64,000 bases of DNA. Source: Candidatus Micrarchaeota archaeon (GTDB lineage: Archaea; Micrarchaeota; Micrarchaeia; Burarchaeales; Fermentimicrarchaeaceae). Below are positions 37,265-46,362 of this stretch, piece by piece. Where the stretch lies: positions 3,252 through 67,251 of the forward strand of contig JACCLF010000047.1 in the NCBI GenBank assembly GCA_013425405.1, written 5' to 3'. A model generated the notes under the pieces. That model saw only the letters and a program-made list of their open reading frames with translations, did no database searches and was not told the DNA's origin. The stretch's first letter is position 1. Every line of letters starts with the position of its first letter. The position numbers and the translations under genes were made by a program.

Positions 37265-37987
37265 ATGAAGAGCAGAAAACCACGAAGAGCGGTCAGGATT
37301 GTTCTTGTAGAGCCCGAGTATGAGATAAACATAGGGCATGTTGCACGCGTCATGGCAAACTTCGGCTTTGATGAGCTTTACATGGTCAACCCCAAGGTGG
37401 AGATTGGGTTCAACGCAAGGATGTTTGCAAAGCACGCCTCGCACATCCTTCAAAAAGCAAGAGTTGTTGGAAGGCTGGAGGATGCATTGAGAGGCTGTGA
37501 TCTCGTAGTTGGGACAACAGGCATAGTCGGCAGAAGCAGAAATGTAATACGCAACCCAGTAACACCTGCGAAATTTGCAAATGACATTAGTAAACTTAAA
37601 GGAAAGCTTGCTCTGCTCTTCGGCAGGGAGGGCACAGGCTTGAATAAAAACGAAGTTAAAAGATGCGATTTCCTCGTAACAATACCCGCCAGCGAGGATT
37701 ACCCTGTTCTCAACCTCTCCCATGCACTTGCAATTGTGCTCTACGAGCTGGCCTCAAACAAGAATCAGGTGATGATAACAGCTGCAAGCGAAGAGGAGAG
37801 GGAGATGCTAATCCGCTGCTTCAACAGCATTGTGGACAATTTCTCAATGCAGCTGAGGAGCCCTGACAAGATAAAGCAGTCTTTCAAAAGAGTGGTTGGC
37901 AGGTCTCTTGTTTCCGATGTTGAGGCTGCCGCTATACTATGCGTGCTGCAGAGAATAAGAAAGAAATTGAAAATAAAAAGACTTTAA
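37265..37987 (+). CDS. SpoU/TrmH-family RNA 2'-O-methyltransferase (TrmJ-like)
   Basis: VRIVLVEPEYEINIGHVARVMANFG and LLFGREGTGL. Confidence 0.8.
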   Translation: MKSRKPRRAVRIVLVEPEYEINIGHVARVMANFGFDELYMVNPKVEIGFNARMFAKHASHILQKARVVGRLEDALRGCDLVVGTTGIVGRSRNVIRNPVTPAKFANDISKLKGKLALLFGREGTGLNKNEVKRCDFLVTIPASEDYPVLNLSHALAIVLYELASNKNQVMITAASEEEREMLIRCFNSIVDNFSMQLRSPDKIKQSFKRVVGRSLVSDVEAAAILCVLQRIRKKLKIKRL

Positions 37988-38352
37988 GCTTTCTTCCTTG
38001 ACTTGACAATCTTAACCTTTGCAGGTGTGAGAAGAATCTTGTCGTTGTCTATCCTTGCAATGTCGCCGTCAATCTTCACCACAAAGCTCTTCATGCTTGA
38101 AACAATCGTCTTCAGCTTCGCAGTGTTCCTTGACATCGGGGCAACGTTGAGAAGTATTATGTTCCTCTGCCTCAGCTCATTCTCAATTACCTTCACATCC
38201 TCCTCGCTCTCAAGGGCAACTGGCTTCACATAGAAATCGGCAGCCTCGTGCAGCACATCCACATTCTCAAGCTCCACGGTGTCCATATACTCCTCAATGT
38301 CCATATCCTTGCTTATTCCCAGCGCCTTCGACAACTTCTGAAGTATCCCCAT
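37984..38352 (-). CDS. sepF: SepF-like cell division protein (DUF552)
   Basis: 122 aa: ...YVKPVALESEEDVKVIENELRQRNIILLNVAPM... Confidence 0.6.
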   Translation of the reverse strand: MGILQKLSKALGISKDMDIEEYMDTVELENVDVLHEAADFYVKPVALESEEDVKVIENELRQRNIILLNVAPMSRNTAKLKTIVSSMKSFVVKIDGDIARIDNDKILLTPAKVKIVKSRKKA

Positions 38353-38501
38353 GTTTCCACCTCTTTCAAATGCAACAGTTTAACTTTTCATTAGGGGGTT
38401 TAAATACTTTTCTTCTTGCATGCTCAGCATCTGCTAGAAAGCCTTAATAACCTTTTCACCTAAAACTACTATTCCTTCGTGGTGAACTTATAGGTGGTTA
38501 T

Positions 38502-39692
38502 TTGTTAAGCTCCTTCCAGGACATCCTCTCGCGGAGCAGCATCTTTGGAGACAGGAATACGCTCTCTCCGCACTACATACCATCAACACTGCCGCACAGG
38601 GAGAAGGAGATAAGCACAGTGATGTCTGCACTCTCCCCAGCCCTTAAAGGGGAGAAGCCCAGGAGCATGTTCATATACGGGAAAACAGGGACTGGGAAGA
38701 CTTCCTGCGTGAAATACGTGATGGAAAGATTCGAGGAGATGAAGAGCGGCACAGCAAGAATGTGCTACGTGAACTGCAGGATATACAACACGCGCTACAG
38801 AGTATTCCACAAGCTCATGAAGGACAACCTCCCGGAGTTTGCCAAAACCGGATACGGACTTTCCTTCTTCTACGAGAAGATGATTGATTTACTGAATGCC
38901 AGCGCAATAAACATGGTGACAGTGCTTGATGAGATTGACATGGTGAAGGACTTGGATGATTTGGTATACACCCTCACGCGGGCAAATGACGATTTGAAGA
39001 AAGGCGGCATGTCCCTAATCGGAATTTCAAACAAGCTTTCATTCAAAGACAGACTCGACCCTAGGAGCAGGAGCACCCTCTACGAAACCGAAATTGTATT
39101 CCCGCCTTATACCTCAAACCAGCTTAAATCCATCCTGGAGCAGAGGGTGAAGCTCGGCTTCTCAGATGGGGCTGTTGATGATTCTGCAATAAATCTTGCA
39201 TCGGCCATGGCAGCGCAGGACAACGGGGATGCTCGCTATGCCCTCAAGCTTATACTGAGAGCAGGGGAGATAGTTGATGAGGAGGGGGCGGGGGTTGTCT
39301 CTGAGAGGCATGTTACCGCAGCCAGAAAATCAGTTGACGAGGATGTATCCATTGAGGCAATAAGCACACTTCCTCAGCACCAGCAGATAGTGCTCTACTC
39401 AATAGCAACTCTCTCCATGGACGGAGGGCGCTATTCAAAGCTTACTGGAAATACAGACAACTACCTCCTTTCTGGAGAGATTTATGAAACATACCTGAGG
39501 GATTCCAGGAATTTCAAAAAAGAAGCCAGAAGTTCCCGCTGGTATAGGGAGTACTTGAGCGAACTCGAGATGCTTGGGCTTATAACTACTGTTGAATCAG
39601 GGAAGGGCATGAGAGGGCATACTCGGCTTGTGAAGCTCGCCTACTCCCCTGCAAAAGTCAAGAGCATTATTGAGAAGAATATCCTGGAGTGA
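38502..39692 (+). CDS. cdc6: Orc1/Cdc6 replication initiator
   Basis: Walker A YGKTGTGKT, Walker B VLDEID and a C-terminal winged helix. TTG start in the track. Confidence 0.9.
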   Translation: MLSSFQDILSRSSIFGDRNTLSPHYIPSTLPHREKEISTVMSALSPALKGEKPRSMFIYGKTGTGKTSCVKYVMERFEEMKSGTARMCYVNCRIYNTRYRVFHKLMKDNLPEFAKTGYGLSFFYEKMIDLLNASAINMVTVLDEIDMVKDLDDLVYTLTRANDDLKKGGMSLIGISNKLSFKDRLDPRSRSTLYETEIVFPPYTSNQLKSILEQRVKLGFSDGAVDDSAINLASAMAAQDNGDARYALKLILRAGEIVDEEGAGVVSERHVTAARKSVDEDVSIEAISTLPQHQQIVLYSIATLSMDGGRYSKLTGNTDNYLLSGEIYETYLRDSRNFKKEARSSRWYREYLSELEMLGLITTVESGKGMRGHTRLVKLAYSPAKVKSIIEKNILE

Positions 39693-40280
39693 CTACCACC
39701 CAGTTAGTTCTCTTCTGCTTCCAAATACGGCAACTAGCAGCAGAAGCGGTCCTATCATCATAGCCTCGTGGAACAAGCTTACGTTGCTCATGGGGTTATC
39801 TATGAAGTAACTAATACCGCCCAGGTTAATTGCTCCAATCAGATCAAAAATAAGAATTACGGCAGACAGGGCAATGCCGTACCAGTATGACCATTTCTTT
39901 GTTGTTGCAAGCCCAAAGCCCAGAGCGAGGAAGGCCAGCCCGATGATAAGCGAAGGCGTCCATGTGAGCAGCGAGCTGTCAAATGTCTCGTGCGACCCAA
40001 CAGACATTCTGTAAATGTACGTAGGCAGGTACTCCAGCAGTGCATAAGCATCATGAAGGCTGACAATTGCAACAAGCAGTGCCAGCAGGCTTGCTGCCAA
40101 AATTCTCATAGTTAACGATTTTCTTGTTTCTCCCCTCACATCCTTCACTATCTCCTTCAGGCAGTCATAGCAGTAAGCTTTGTCATCTATGAGCTCCACG
40201 CACGCTAGGCAGAAATACTTCTTGCATCTAGAGCACTTGTAAAGTCCTTCCTTACCAGGGTGGTTAATGCACTCAGCCAA
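39693..40280 (-). CDS. Membrane protein with N-terminal B-box-like zinc finger
   Basis: CINHPGKEGLYKCSRCKKYFCLACVELIDDKAYCYDC followed by four TM helices. Confidence 0.5.
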   Translation of the reverse strand: MAECINHPGKEGLYKCSRCKKYFCLACVELIDDKAYCYDCLKEIVKDVRGETRKSLTMRILAASLLALLVAIVSLHDAYALLEYLPTYIYRMSVGSHETFDSSLLTWTPSLIIGLAFLALGFGLATTKKWSYWYGIALSAVILIFDLIGAINLGGISYFIDNPMSNVSLFHEAMMIGPLLLLVAVFGSRRELTGW

Positions 40281-40286
40281 CTTGCC

Positions 40287-40517
40287 TCACCTGTTGTATC
40301 TGGCCATTGCCCTCTTTCTCTTCTTCTCATATATCCCTAAGCTCTTTCCGCAGCTTGGGCAGTAGTAACACTTCCTTCTCTCCATGAGCTTCACATCATC
40401 CGCAGTTTTCAAATCAGTGCTGAAAACAATGGACCTCTCATAGGTGACAGCCTTTCCTCTTGGGAGCCTCCTGCCGCACGCCCCGCAGTTAACCATCTGG
40501 CTTCTTCCTCTCATCAA
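40287..40517 (-). CDS. rps26e: Ribosomal protein S26e-like zinc-ribbon protein
   Basis: VNCGACGRRLPRGKAV...RKCYYCPSCGKSLGIYEKKRKR resembles crenarchaeal S26e (recalled pattern). Confidence 0.5.
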   Translation of the reverse strand: MMRGRSQMVNCGACGRRLPRGKAVTYERSIVFSTDLKTADDVKLMERRKCYYCPSCGKSLGIYEKKRKRAMARYNR

Positions 40518-40529
40518 ACCACCTCTGCT

Positions 40530-41285
40530 TTAATTATCGTTAATTGTACCAAGGCTTATTCCGTTCAATAGAAATGTTTCTGCATCCCCCAATTTAAACA
40601 TTTCATTTCTGAAGAGCGGTCCTAGCAAATCCCTCTCCTTGACAGCGTTGAACATCATCCCGCCAACCAGCTCGCTGAAAGCCGGCATGACTACAACTTT
40701 CATCTTCCTGTTGAAACTTGCATATTTCTTCTCCACCTTGCCGGAGTCAAGCCTCCCGACCACCCAAACTTTTTGAATGCTCCTGTAGCCCAGTTTGTCA
40801 ACAAGCTCTACGCAGGGGTGGTTGTGTGCTAGCGCAAGCCAGTCAGCCTCCATCATGCTCTCAGAAGGCCAAGCATGCCCATGGCTGAGTGAAATATCCA
40901 CTTTCCTAACTCCTGCTGCACCGTGCACCTCAATTCCTTCGGCTATCTCCCTTATCCCCCCGTCATGGTTCCCAGTTACTATGGATACTTTGGCTCTGTC
41001 GTTCAACTCCCCGAGAAACCTGCCGAGCTTTTCCCTGTCTGGAAACTGCATGTTGGGTATGTCATGCTTGACGTCACCAAGCAGGACAAGCTCCTTGCAA
41101 TGTGTTTCCTCAATAAGTTTCAGCAGCTTGTCCTTTGCTTTATCAAAAAGATTCATCTCTATGTTGCTGCCAAATATGCTCCTCTCCATGCCAAGGTGCA
41201 AATCAGCAACAACGAGCATCCCATTGCAGAGCATCGCAGGTTCGTTGCAGATGAACTTCAAATCCCCCATGAGAATACTATGCAA
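40530..41285 (-). CDS. ICC-like metallophosphoesterase
   Basis: VVADLHLG, GDVKHD, GNHD and SHGH motifs. Confidence 0.7.
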   Translation of the reverse strand: MHSILMGDLKFICNEPAMLCNGMLVVADLHLGMERSIFGSNIEMNLFDKAKDKLLKLIEETHCKELVLLGDVKHDIPNMQFPDREKLGRFLGELNDRAKVSIVTGNHDGGIREIAEGIEVHGAAGVRKVDISLSHGHAWPSESMMEADWLALAHNHPCVELVDKLGYRSIQKVWVVGRLDSGKVEKKYASFNRKMKVVVMPAFSELVGGMMFNAVKERDLLGPLFRNEMFKLGDAETFLLNGISLGTINDN

Positions 41286-41350
41286 CCATGAAAATAAATC
41301 AATAGCGGTTGGGTGAAAAGCCTGGACTGCTCAAATTTTTATTAACTCCC

Positions 41351-42424
41351 ATGCAAAAGCATAAGATGGCATTTTCACCAAGTTTCAAAGTAATGGGAAT
41401 AGAGATTGAGCTGCACTGGAGCCTGCTGGTTTTGCTTCTTCTCATACTGGCCGACCAGGGGGTTTATGCCGTCCTGTCCATCCTCTTTCTCTTCGCCTTT
41501 GTAGTGCTGCATGAGCTATCCCACTCCTATGTTGCAATTAAAAACGGAGTTGGGGTCAGGAAAATAACCCTCTTCCCCATAGGCGGAATGGCAACCATAG
41601 AGGAAGTTTCCATCCCGCCGGATGTCGAGTTCAAGCTTGCCCTGGCAGGACCGCTCTTCAATTTCGCAGTCATAGCAGTCACTCTGCTCCTCACTCTTCT
41701 AGCAACCGAGCCGGTAAGCTCATTCCTCTGGATGATCATACAGATCAACCTTGTGCTGGGCGTCTTCAACTTGCTGCCTGCAATACCTCTTGATGGAGGG
41801 AGAGTCTGGAGAAGCTGGAGGGAGAAGAAGGTCAGCCATTTGAGGGCAACGCTGGAAGCCGTGAAACTCAGCAGGTTCGTTGCCATACTCCTATTCTCCC
41901 TATCGCTAATAATCGCATTTACCTATGACAACCTCGGCATTCTGTTATGGAACTTCCTGATATCAGCTGTCATCTACCTCGGCTCCCAATCCGAGCTCAG
42001 CGTTGCCATACTCAAGGATTCCGCGAAAGGAGTTTTTGTCAGAGATGCGATGAACTTCTCCGCAGTTTCCGTAGACTCCAATTCGACACTGAGGGAAGCA
42101 TCCTCGCTTATGTATGCCACACGCTCTCCCCTCGTTGTTGTATCTAGCAGCCCGGTGAGAATTCTCAGCTACAGGCATCTCATAGGAATTGAAAGGGGCA
42201 AGTGGGGCAAGACTAGGGCGGCGGAGGTTGCCCAGCCATCTCCGGCATGCAGAATGGAAGAGCCGATTCTGGATGCCTGGAAAAAGATGAAATCCGCGGA
42301 TGTATCCATGTTGCCTGTCCTGTTTGACGGAGAGCTCATAGGGACAATAAGCGAGATTGATATAGAAAAGTTGCTTGTGTTGAATAGATTGAGAATTGAT
42401 TCCCCCGAAAAGGTTGAAAACTGA
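41351..42424 (+). CDS. Site-2 protease (M50) with C-terminal CBS pair
   Basis: HELSHSY, and NLLPAIPLDGG. The start could also be 41309 (TTG). Confidence 0.8.
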   Translation: MQKHKMAFSPSFKVMGIEIELHWSLLVLLLLILADQGVYAVLSILFLFAFVVLHELSHSYVAIKNGVGVRKITLFPIGGMATIEEVSIPPDVEFKLALAGPLFNFAVIAVTLLLTLLATEPVSSFLWMIIQINLVLGVFNLLPAIPLDGGRVWRSWREKKVSHLRATLEAVKLSRFVAILLFSLSLIIAFTYDNLGILLWNFLISAVIYLGSQSELSVAILKDSAKGVFVRDAMNFSAVSVDSNSTLREASSLMYATRSPLVVVSSSPVRILSYRHLIGIERGKWGKTRAAEVAQPSPACRMEEPILDAWKKMKSADVSMLPVLFDGELIGTISEIDIEKLLVLNRLRIDSPEKVEN

Positions 42425-42522
42425 AATGATAGCGCGTAACTAGGTAAGGTAAGATGGAATCCATACAAAAGGTATATCCGCGCGGACCAGTACCCAAAGG
42501 ATGCACCTCCAGAGGCAGTAGA

Positions 42523-42621
42523 GGGACGCCTGCGTTGTAGCGTAATTCAAAAATTACGAGGTAAATAAAAAAAGCAAAAAATAAGCTCTCTGAGGGAGTT
42601 GTGCTACAACGCAGGGACGCC
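42523..42621. mobile_element. Miniature inverted-repeat element (83 bp) with flanking 8-bp direct repeats
   Basis: Perfect 11-bp terminal inverted repeats TGCGTTGTAGC (42531-42541) and GCTACAACGCA (42603-42613). They are flanked by identical GGGACGCC at 42523-42530 and 42614-42621. The interior is AT-rich. Confidence 0.6.
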
Positions 42622-42672
42622 TATATGTTTATAAAGATTGGATTGCTAATATACAGAATTCTAGGTGGTTAG

Positions 42673-43218
42673 ATGAATCTTTGGCATGATATAGAAGCAG
42701 GTTCGAATGTTCCCAATCTAGTAAACGTCATAGTTGAAATACCGAAAGGCTCACAGAACAAGTACGAGTACGACAAGAAGTTCAATATAATAAAACTTGA
42801 TAGGGTGCTGTTCTCACCTTTCCACTACCCCGGTGATTATGGTCTCATACCAAAAACACTTTCCAAGGATGGAGACCCACTTGATGCACTTGTGCTTGTC
42901 ACAAACCCCACCTACCCGGGCATACTCATAAAGGCGAGACCCGTTGGGTTGCTTAGAATGAATGATGCCGGCAAGATAGATGACAAGATACTTTGCGTTT
43001 CTAATGATGACCCCAGGTTCAAGCACCATGTGGATATAGCGGACCTGGATGAGCACCTGCTCAAGGAAATTATGCACTTCTTTCAGGTGTACAAAGACCT
43101 CGAGGGAAAATCCGTGAAGATGACAGGCTGGAAGAACGCTGCCGCAGCCAAGAAGATACTAGTGGAGTCGGTTGAAGCCTACAACAAGAAATATGGGAGT
43201 AGTAAACCCAGCAGATGA
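42673..43218 (+). CDS. ppa: Inorganic pyrophosphatase (family I)
   Basis: VIVEIPKGSQNKYEYD and YPGDYGLIPKTLSKDGDPLDALVL. Confidence 0.95.
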   Translation: MNLWHDIEAGSNVPNLVNVIVEIPKGSQNKYEYDKKFNIIKLDRVLFSPFHYPGDYGLIPKTLSKDGDPLDALVLVTNPTYPGILIKARPVGLLRMNDAGKIDDKILCVSNDDPRFKHHVDIADLDEHLLKEIMHFFQVYKDLEGKSVKMTGWKNAAAAKKILVESVEAYNKKYGSSKPSR

Positions 43219-43223
43219 TGTCC

Positions 43224-43415
43224 CTAAGCCTTTATTCTCAGAGCGTATTTTCCAGGCATCTTTGCCTCTATCTTCTTAGCAAGCTCTGATTTCTCGGCAT
43301 CGAACACTATGAGGTAGCTGCTCCACTTGTCAGTTAGCTCTGTTCCGCCGCAATTCGGGCATTTGCCGCCCTCGCTTACAATGAACCTGCAGTTTTTGCA
43401 TGCTTTCTCAGCCAT
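43224..43415 (-). CDS. spt4: Transcription elongation factor Spt4
   Basis: KACKNCRFIVSEGGKCPNCG zinc ribbon, 63 aa, downstream of rpoE. Confidence 0.85.
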   Translation of the reverse strand: MAEKACKNCRFIVSEGGKCPNCGGTELTDKWSSYLIVFDAEKSELAKKIEAKMPGKYALRIKA

Positions 43416-43419
43416 ACCA

Positions 43420-44001
43420 TCACTTCTTCTTTGGTGCCGCTTCCTCCTTTATCTTCTTTGGTGCTGCTTCCTCCTTTATCCAGTCAAGCTTACCCAGCCC
43501 CTCTGGCCTCATGGTGAGGCCTATCTTTGTCTCCGGGATGCTGCCTTTCATGCTGACTGTCGATATCTTTGCCAGCACGTCATCGCCCTTCTTTATTATC
43601 TTCTTGCTCTCCCTGCCAATGAAGGCAGGTATCTTTTTGTCATATGACAGGAAGTCATTGGTTATCTGAGAGAGATGCGCCAGCCCGTCAATTGGGCCCA
43701 TCCTCACAAATACTCCGAACTCCACTATCTCGGTAACCTCGCCTTCAAATATCTCATTCAGCTCTGGCTTGTAAGTAAGCATGTCAAATGTCATCTCATG
43801 ATAGGATGCACCGTCACCCGGTATGACCTTCCCCTCGCTTATATCCCTGGGATTCCATATGCATAAAACTATTCCAAAGTCCTTGTCAACCTTCCTCTCG
43901 TACTTCTCCCTCAGTATGCTGATTATTGCCTCCTTTAGGTTTTTTGAGAAGTACTTCGGCTCAACTCTCACTGTGCTCTTCAAGGTTATTATGCTGTACA
44001 T
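43420..44001 (-). CDS. rpoE: RNA polymerase subunit E' (Rpo7) with S1 domain
   Basis: MYSIITLKSTVRVEPKYF N-terminus and an S1 fold. The C-terminus carries a duplicated IKEEAAPKK. Confidence 0.9.
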   Translation of the reverse strand: MYSIITLKSTVRVEPKYFSKNLKEAIISILREKYERKVDKDFGIVLCIWNPRDISEGKVIPGDGASYHEMTFDMLTYKPELNEIFEGEVTEIVEFGVFVRMGPIDGLAHLSQITNDFLSYDKKIPAFIGRESKKIIKKGDDVLAKISTVSMKGSIPETKIGLTMRPEGLGKLDWIKEEAAPKKIKEEAAPKKK

Positions 44002-44034
44002 CGTATCACCATTTTGTTGCGCAACATTAATATA

Positions 44035-44409
44035 TCATGCGAATTGCAAGCGTGACTTGCCCCTCAGTATGATAACTTTAACTCCTTCTTTCTTCAGCCG
44101 TTCTATGAGCTCCCTATCCATTGTGCATGCGACTGCGCCGTTTCTTGCGCAGTAGCTTACAACCCAGTCGTCAACCCCTCCCTCGTTCTTTTTTATCTCT
44201 ATTCTACCGAGCTTCAGCAGTTTTAAAGCATATTTTGCAGCAGTTGACTCTCCCCCCTTCCCTAACTGCATTCTGGTAAGCTCATCAACAACTCCCTTGC
44301 ATGTGACTGCATTGTACTCCCCAAGCAGCTCGCCCAATCCCCCGAATATATCCACCTTGAACTGATGAGCAAGCATCAGGAAATTTGTGTCCAACACTGC
44401 TTTTAGCAT
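44035..44409 (-). CDS. PIN-domain protein (Fcf1-like)
   Basis: MLKAVLDTNFLM N-terminus. Conserved position upstream of rpoE/spt4. Confidence 0.7.
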   Translation of the reverse strand: MLKAVLDTNFLMLAHQFKVDIFGGLGELLGEYNAVTCKGVVDELTRMQLGKGGESTAAKYALKLLKLGRIEIKKNEGGVDDWVVSYCARNGAVACTMDRELIERLKKEGVKVIILRGKSRLQFA

Positions 44410-44447
44410 TCAATAATTTTGTAGTATAACAAATTTAAATGCAACGC

Positions 44448-45524
44448 TTACTTGCCTATTTTCGCTCCTTTGAAAACATCAAGCAGTTCGGAATGCTTGT
44501 TGAAGTACTCCCTGCTTGGCTTGAGAATCTCCGAAAGCTCTTTTGCAACTGAGTTCTTAAGGTCCGTGGGATGCAGCTCCCCCTTTGCGTATGCGCTTCT
44601 AAGCTCTTCAAATTTAACATAATCAACATCCCCGCCGTATTTCTTGTTCCTCTCTATGTGCAGCGGCCTGTCCCTCATTATGATGTACTCGCAAAGCTCG
44701 ATTATCGGGTTGTTCTCTGCCTGCTTCTCCGGGCAGTAGGCCGCACCTATCTTCTCGCTTATCTCCTTCTCAGAATCGTGGATGTATATGCAGCTCTTTG
44801 GAGAGCTCTTGCTCATCTTTGAAGAAACCTCTGTATCAAGCTTCTCGTTGCTCTCAAAGCCCATCTTCTGCGGGCCCTGCAGCCCCATGAGGAGATGCGT
44901 GTGCACTGCAACAGGTTTTGGCCGTTTCATCTTCTCAGCAATCTCCCTGGTGAGCACGTGCACCTTCCTCTGGTCCATCCCTGCGTGCATCAGCTGAACC
45001 TTAAGATGGAATATGTCCGCAGCCTGCATTGCCGGGTAGAGCAGGGCAGCAGATTCTGTCACCTCTGTTTCCTTTCTTCCCATTATTGTCACGCACCTCA
45101 GCATCCTCTGTATGCTGGCGCTCTTCATAACCTCGATTACCTTCACCCAGTACCACTGGTCGTAATGCTCACTGGCAAGCGCATACCTAACCTGCGACTC
45201 ATCCAGACCAAGTGATACAAAGCCTGCCTTGAAATAACCCCTGGCTATCTCCCTTATCAGGCTCAAATCGCCTCCGAGCTTCTTGTTTATCCAGGAGTGG
45301 TAGTCAGCCAGCCATATGGTTGGTCTTATGCCGGCTTTTATGAAATCTTTTATCTTCATTGCAGTTAACAGCCCGGAGCCTATGTGCAGCATGCCGCTTA
45401 TCTCAAATCCTATGTAATGCTGGGGGTGCTCCTCACTTTCAAAAAGTTTCAGCAGCTCCTTCTCTGTCAGAACCTCCTCGGTAGGCTTCCTTTTTACGAG
45501 AAACATCTTATCTTCTATGTTCAA
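44448..45524 (-). CDS. tyrS: Tyrosyl-tRNA synthetase
   Basis: YIGFEISGMLHIGS (HIGH), LADYHSWIN and KMSKSS. Confidence 0.8.
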   Translation of the reverse strand: MNIEDKMFLVKRKPTEEVLTEKELLKLFESEEHPQHYIGFEISGMLHIGSGLLTAMKIKDFIKAGIRPTIWLADYHSWINKKLGGDLSLIREIARGYFKAGFVSLGLDESQVRYALASEHYDQWYWVKVIEVMKSASIQRMLRCVTIMGRKETEVTESAALLYPAMQAADIFHLKVQLMHAGMDQRKVHVLTREIAEKMKRPKPVAVHTHLLMGLQGPQKMGFESNEKLDTEVSSKMSKSSPKSCIYIHDSEKEISEKIGAAYCPEKQAENNPIIELCEYIIMRDRPLHIERNKKYGGDVDYVKFEELRSAYAKGELHPTDLKNSVAKELSEILKPSREYFNKHSELLDVFKGAKIGK

Positions 45525-45535
45525 TGAACCACCCT

Positions 45536-46306
45536 CTATGCAATCTCAGGCATTTCACATTTGAATTTCATCAATTTTATCCTTTCCCTAACCCTCCTTA
45601 TAGTGCTTTCCTTCAAACCAAGCTCTCTTGCAATAGTCCTATCAGTCTCCTTACTAACTCTCATTAGAATATGGTCAAGCTTGCCGTAGCTTACCCCAAG
45701 CTCTCCTTCAGCAGTCTGCCCTTCCCACAAGCCTGGAGAGGGTTTTTTCTTTATTATCTCCTTTGGAACCCCTAGCTCCTCTGCAAGTTTTCTCACCTCA
45801 GTTTTATACAGCCCACCAATTGGGAGGAAATCAACCCCCCCGTCCCCATAGCGCGTGAAATAACCCATCTTCAGCTCGCTTCTGTTCCCTGTTCCGGCGA
45901 CAAGCAGATTCCTGCTGTTAGAAAAGTAATATAGGATGCACATCCTTATCCTTGCTCTCAGGTTTCCATTCGGTATTCGGGCTCCTTCTTCAAATGTTGG
46001 CAATATCCGTTTGAACTCCGTATACACCGAGCTGAAATCAATTGTGTAATACTCCACGCCTAGGTGCTTTGCGACTCTTAGGGCATCTTCTATCTCTCTT
46101 TTTCCAGTGGTCTCTCTCTCAGGCATTATAAGAGCAGTTACCCTTCTCTTGCCAAGAGCCTTGGTGCAGAGTGTTGCGACAACTGCAGAATCGATTCCTC
46201 CGCTGAGGCCGACAACTACTCCCCTCGCGCCGGCTTCCCTGACCTTTCTTTTTATAAACTTCTCTAAAACCATATACTCCCTCATGTATGGATTTTCCTC
46301 CGCCAT
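45536..46306 (-). CDS. nadE: NH3-dependent NAD+ synthetase
   Basis: VVGLSGGIDSAVVATL PP-loop, 256 aa. Confidence 0.9.
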   Translation of the reverse strand: MAEENPYMREYMVLEKFIKRKVREAGARGVVVGLSGGIDSAVVATLCTKALGKRRVTALIMPERETTGKREIEDALRVAKHLGVEYYTIDFSSVYTEFKRILPTFEEGARIPNGNLRARIRMCILYYFSNSRNLLVAGTGNRSELKMGYFTRYGDGGVDFLPIGGLYKTEVRKLAEELGVPKEIIKKKPSPGLWEGQTAEGELGVSYGKLDHILMRVSKETDRTIARELGLKESTIRRVRERIKLMKFKCEMPEIA

Positions 46307-46362
46307 CCTTTTTATTATTTCTTATACTTGCATTTTTAAACTTTAAAATCAATAATATACAC

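Noticed and set aside
42425-42522. The rest of the S2P-ppa spacer, examined for a riboswitch or leader RNA.
   Set aside because: Apart from the MITE, only weak local pairings were found. No known motif was recognised.
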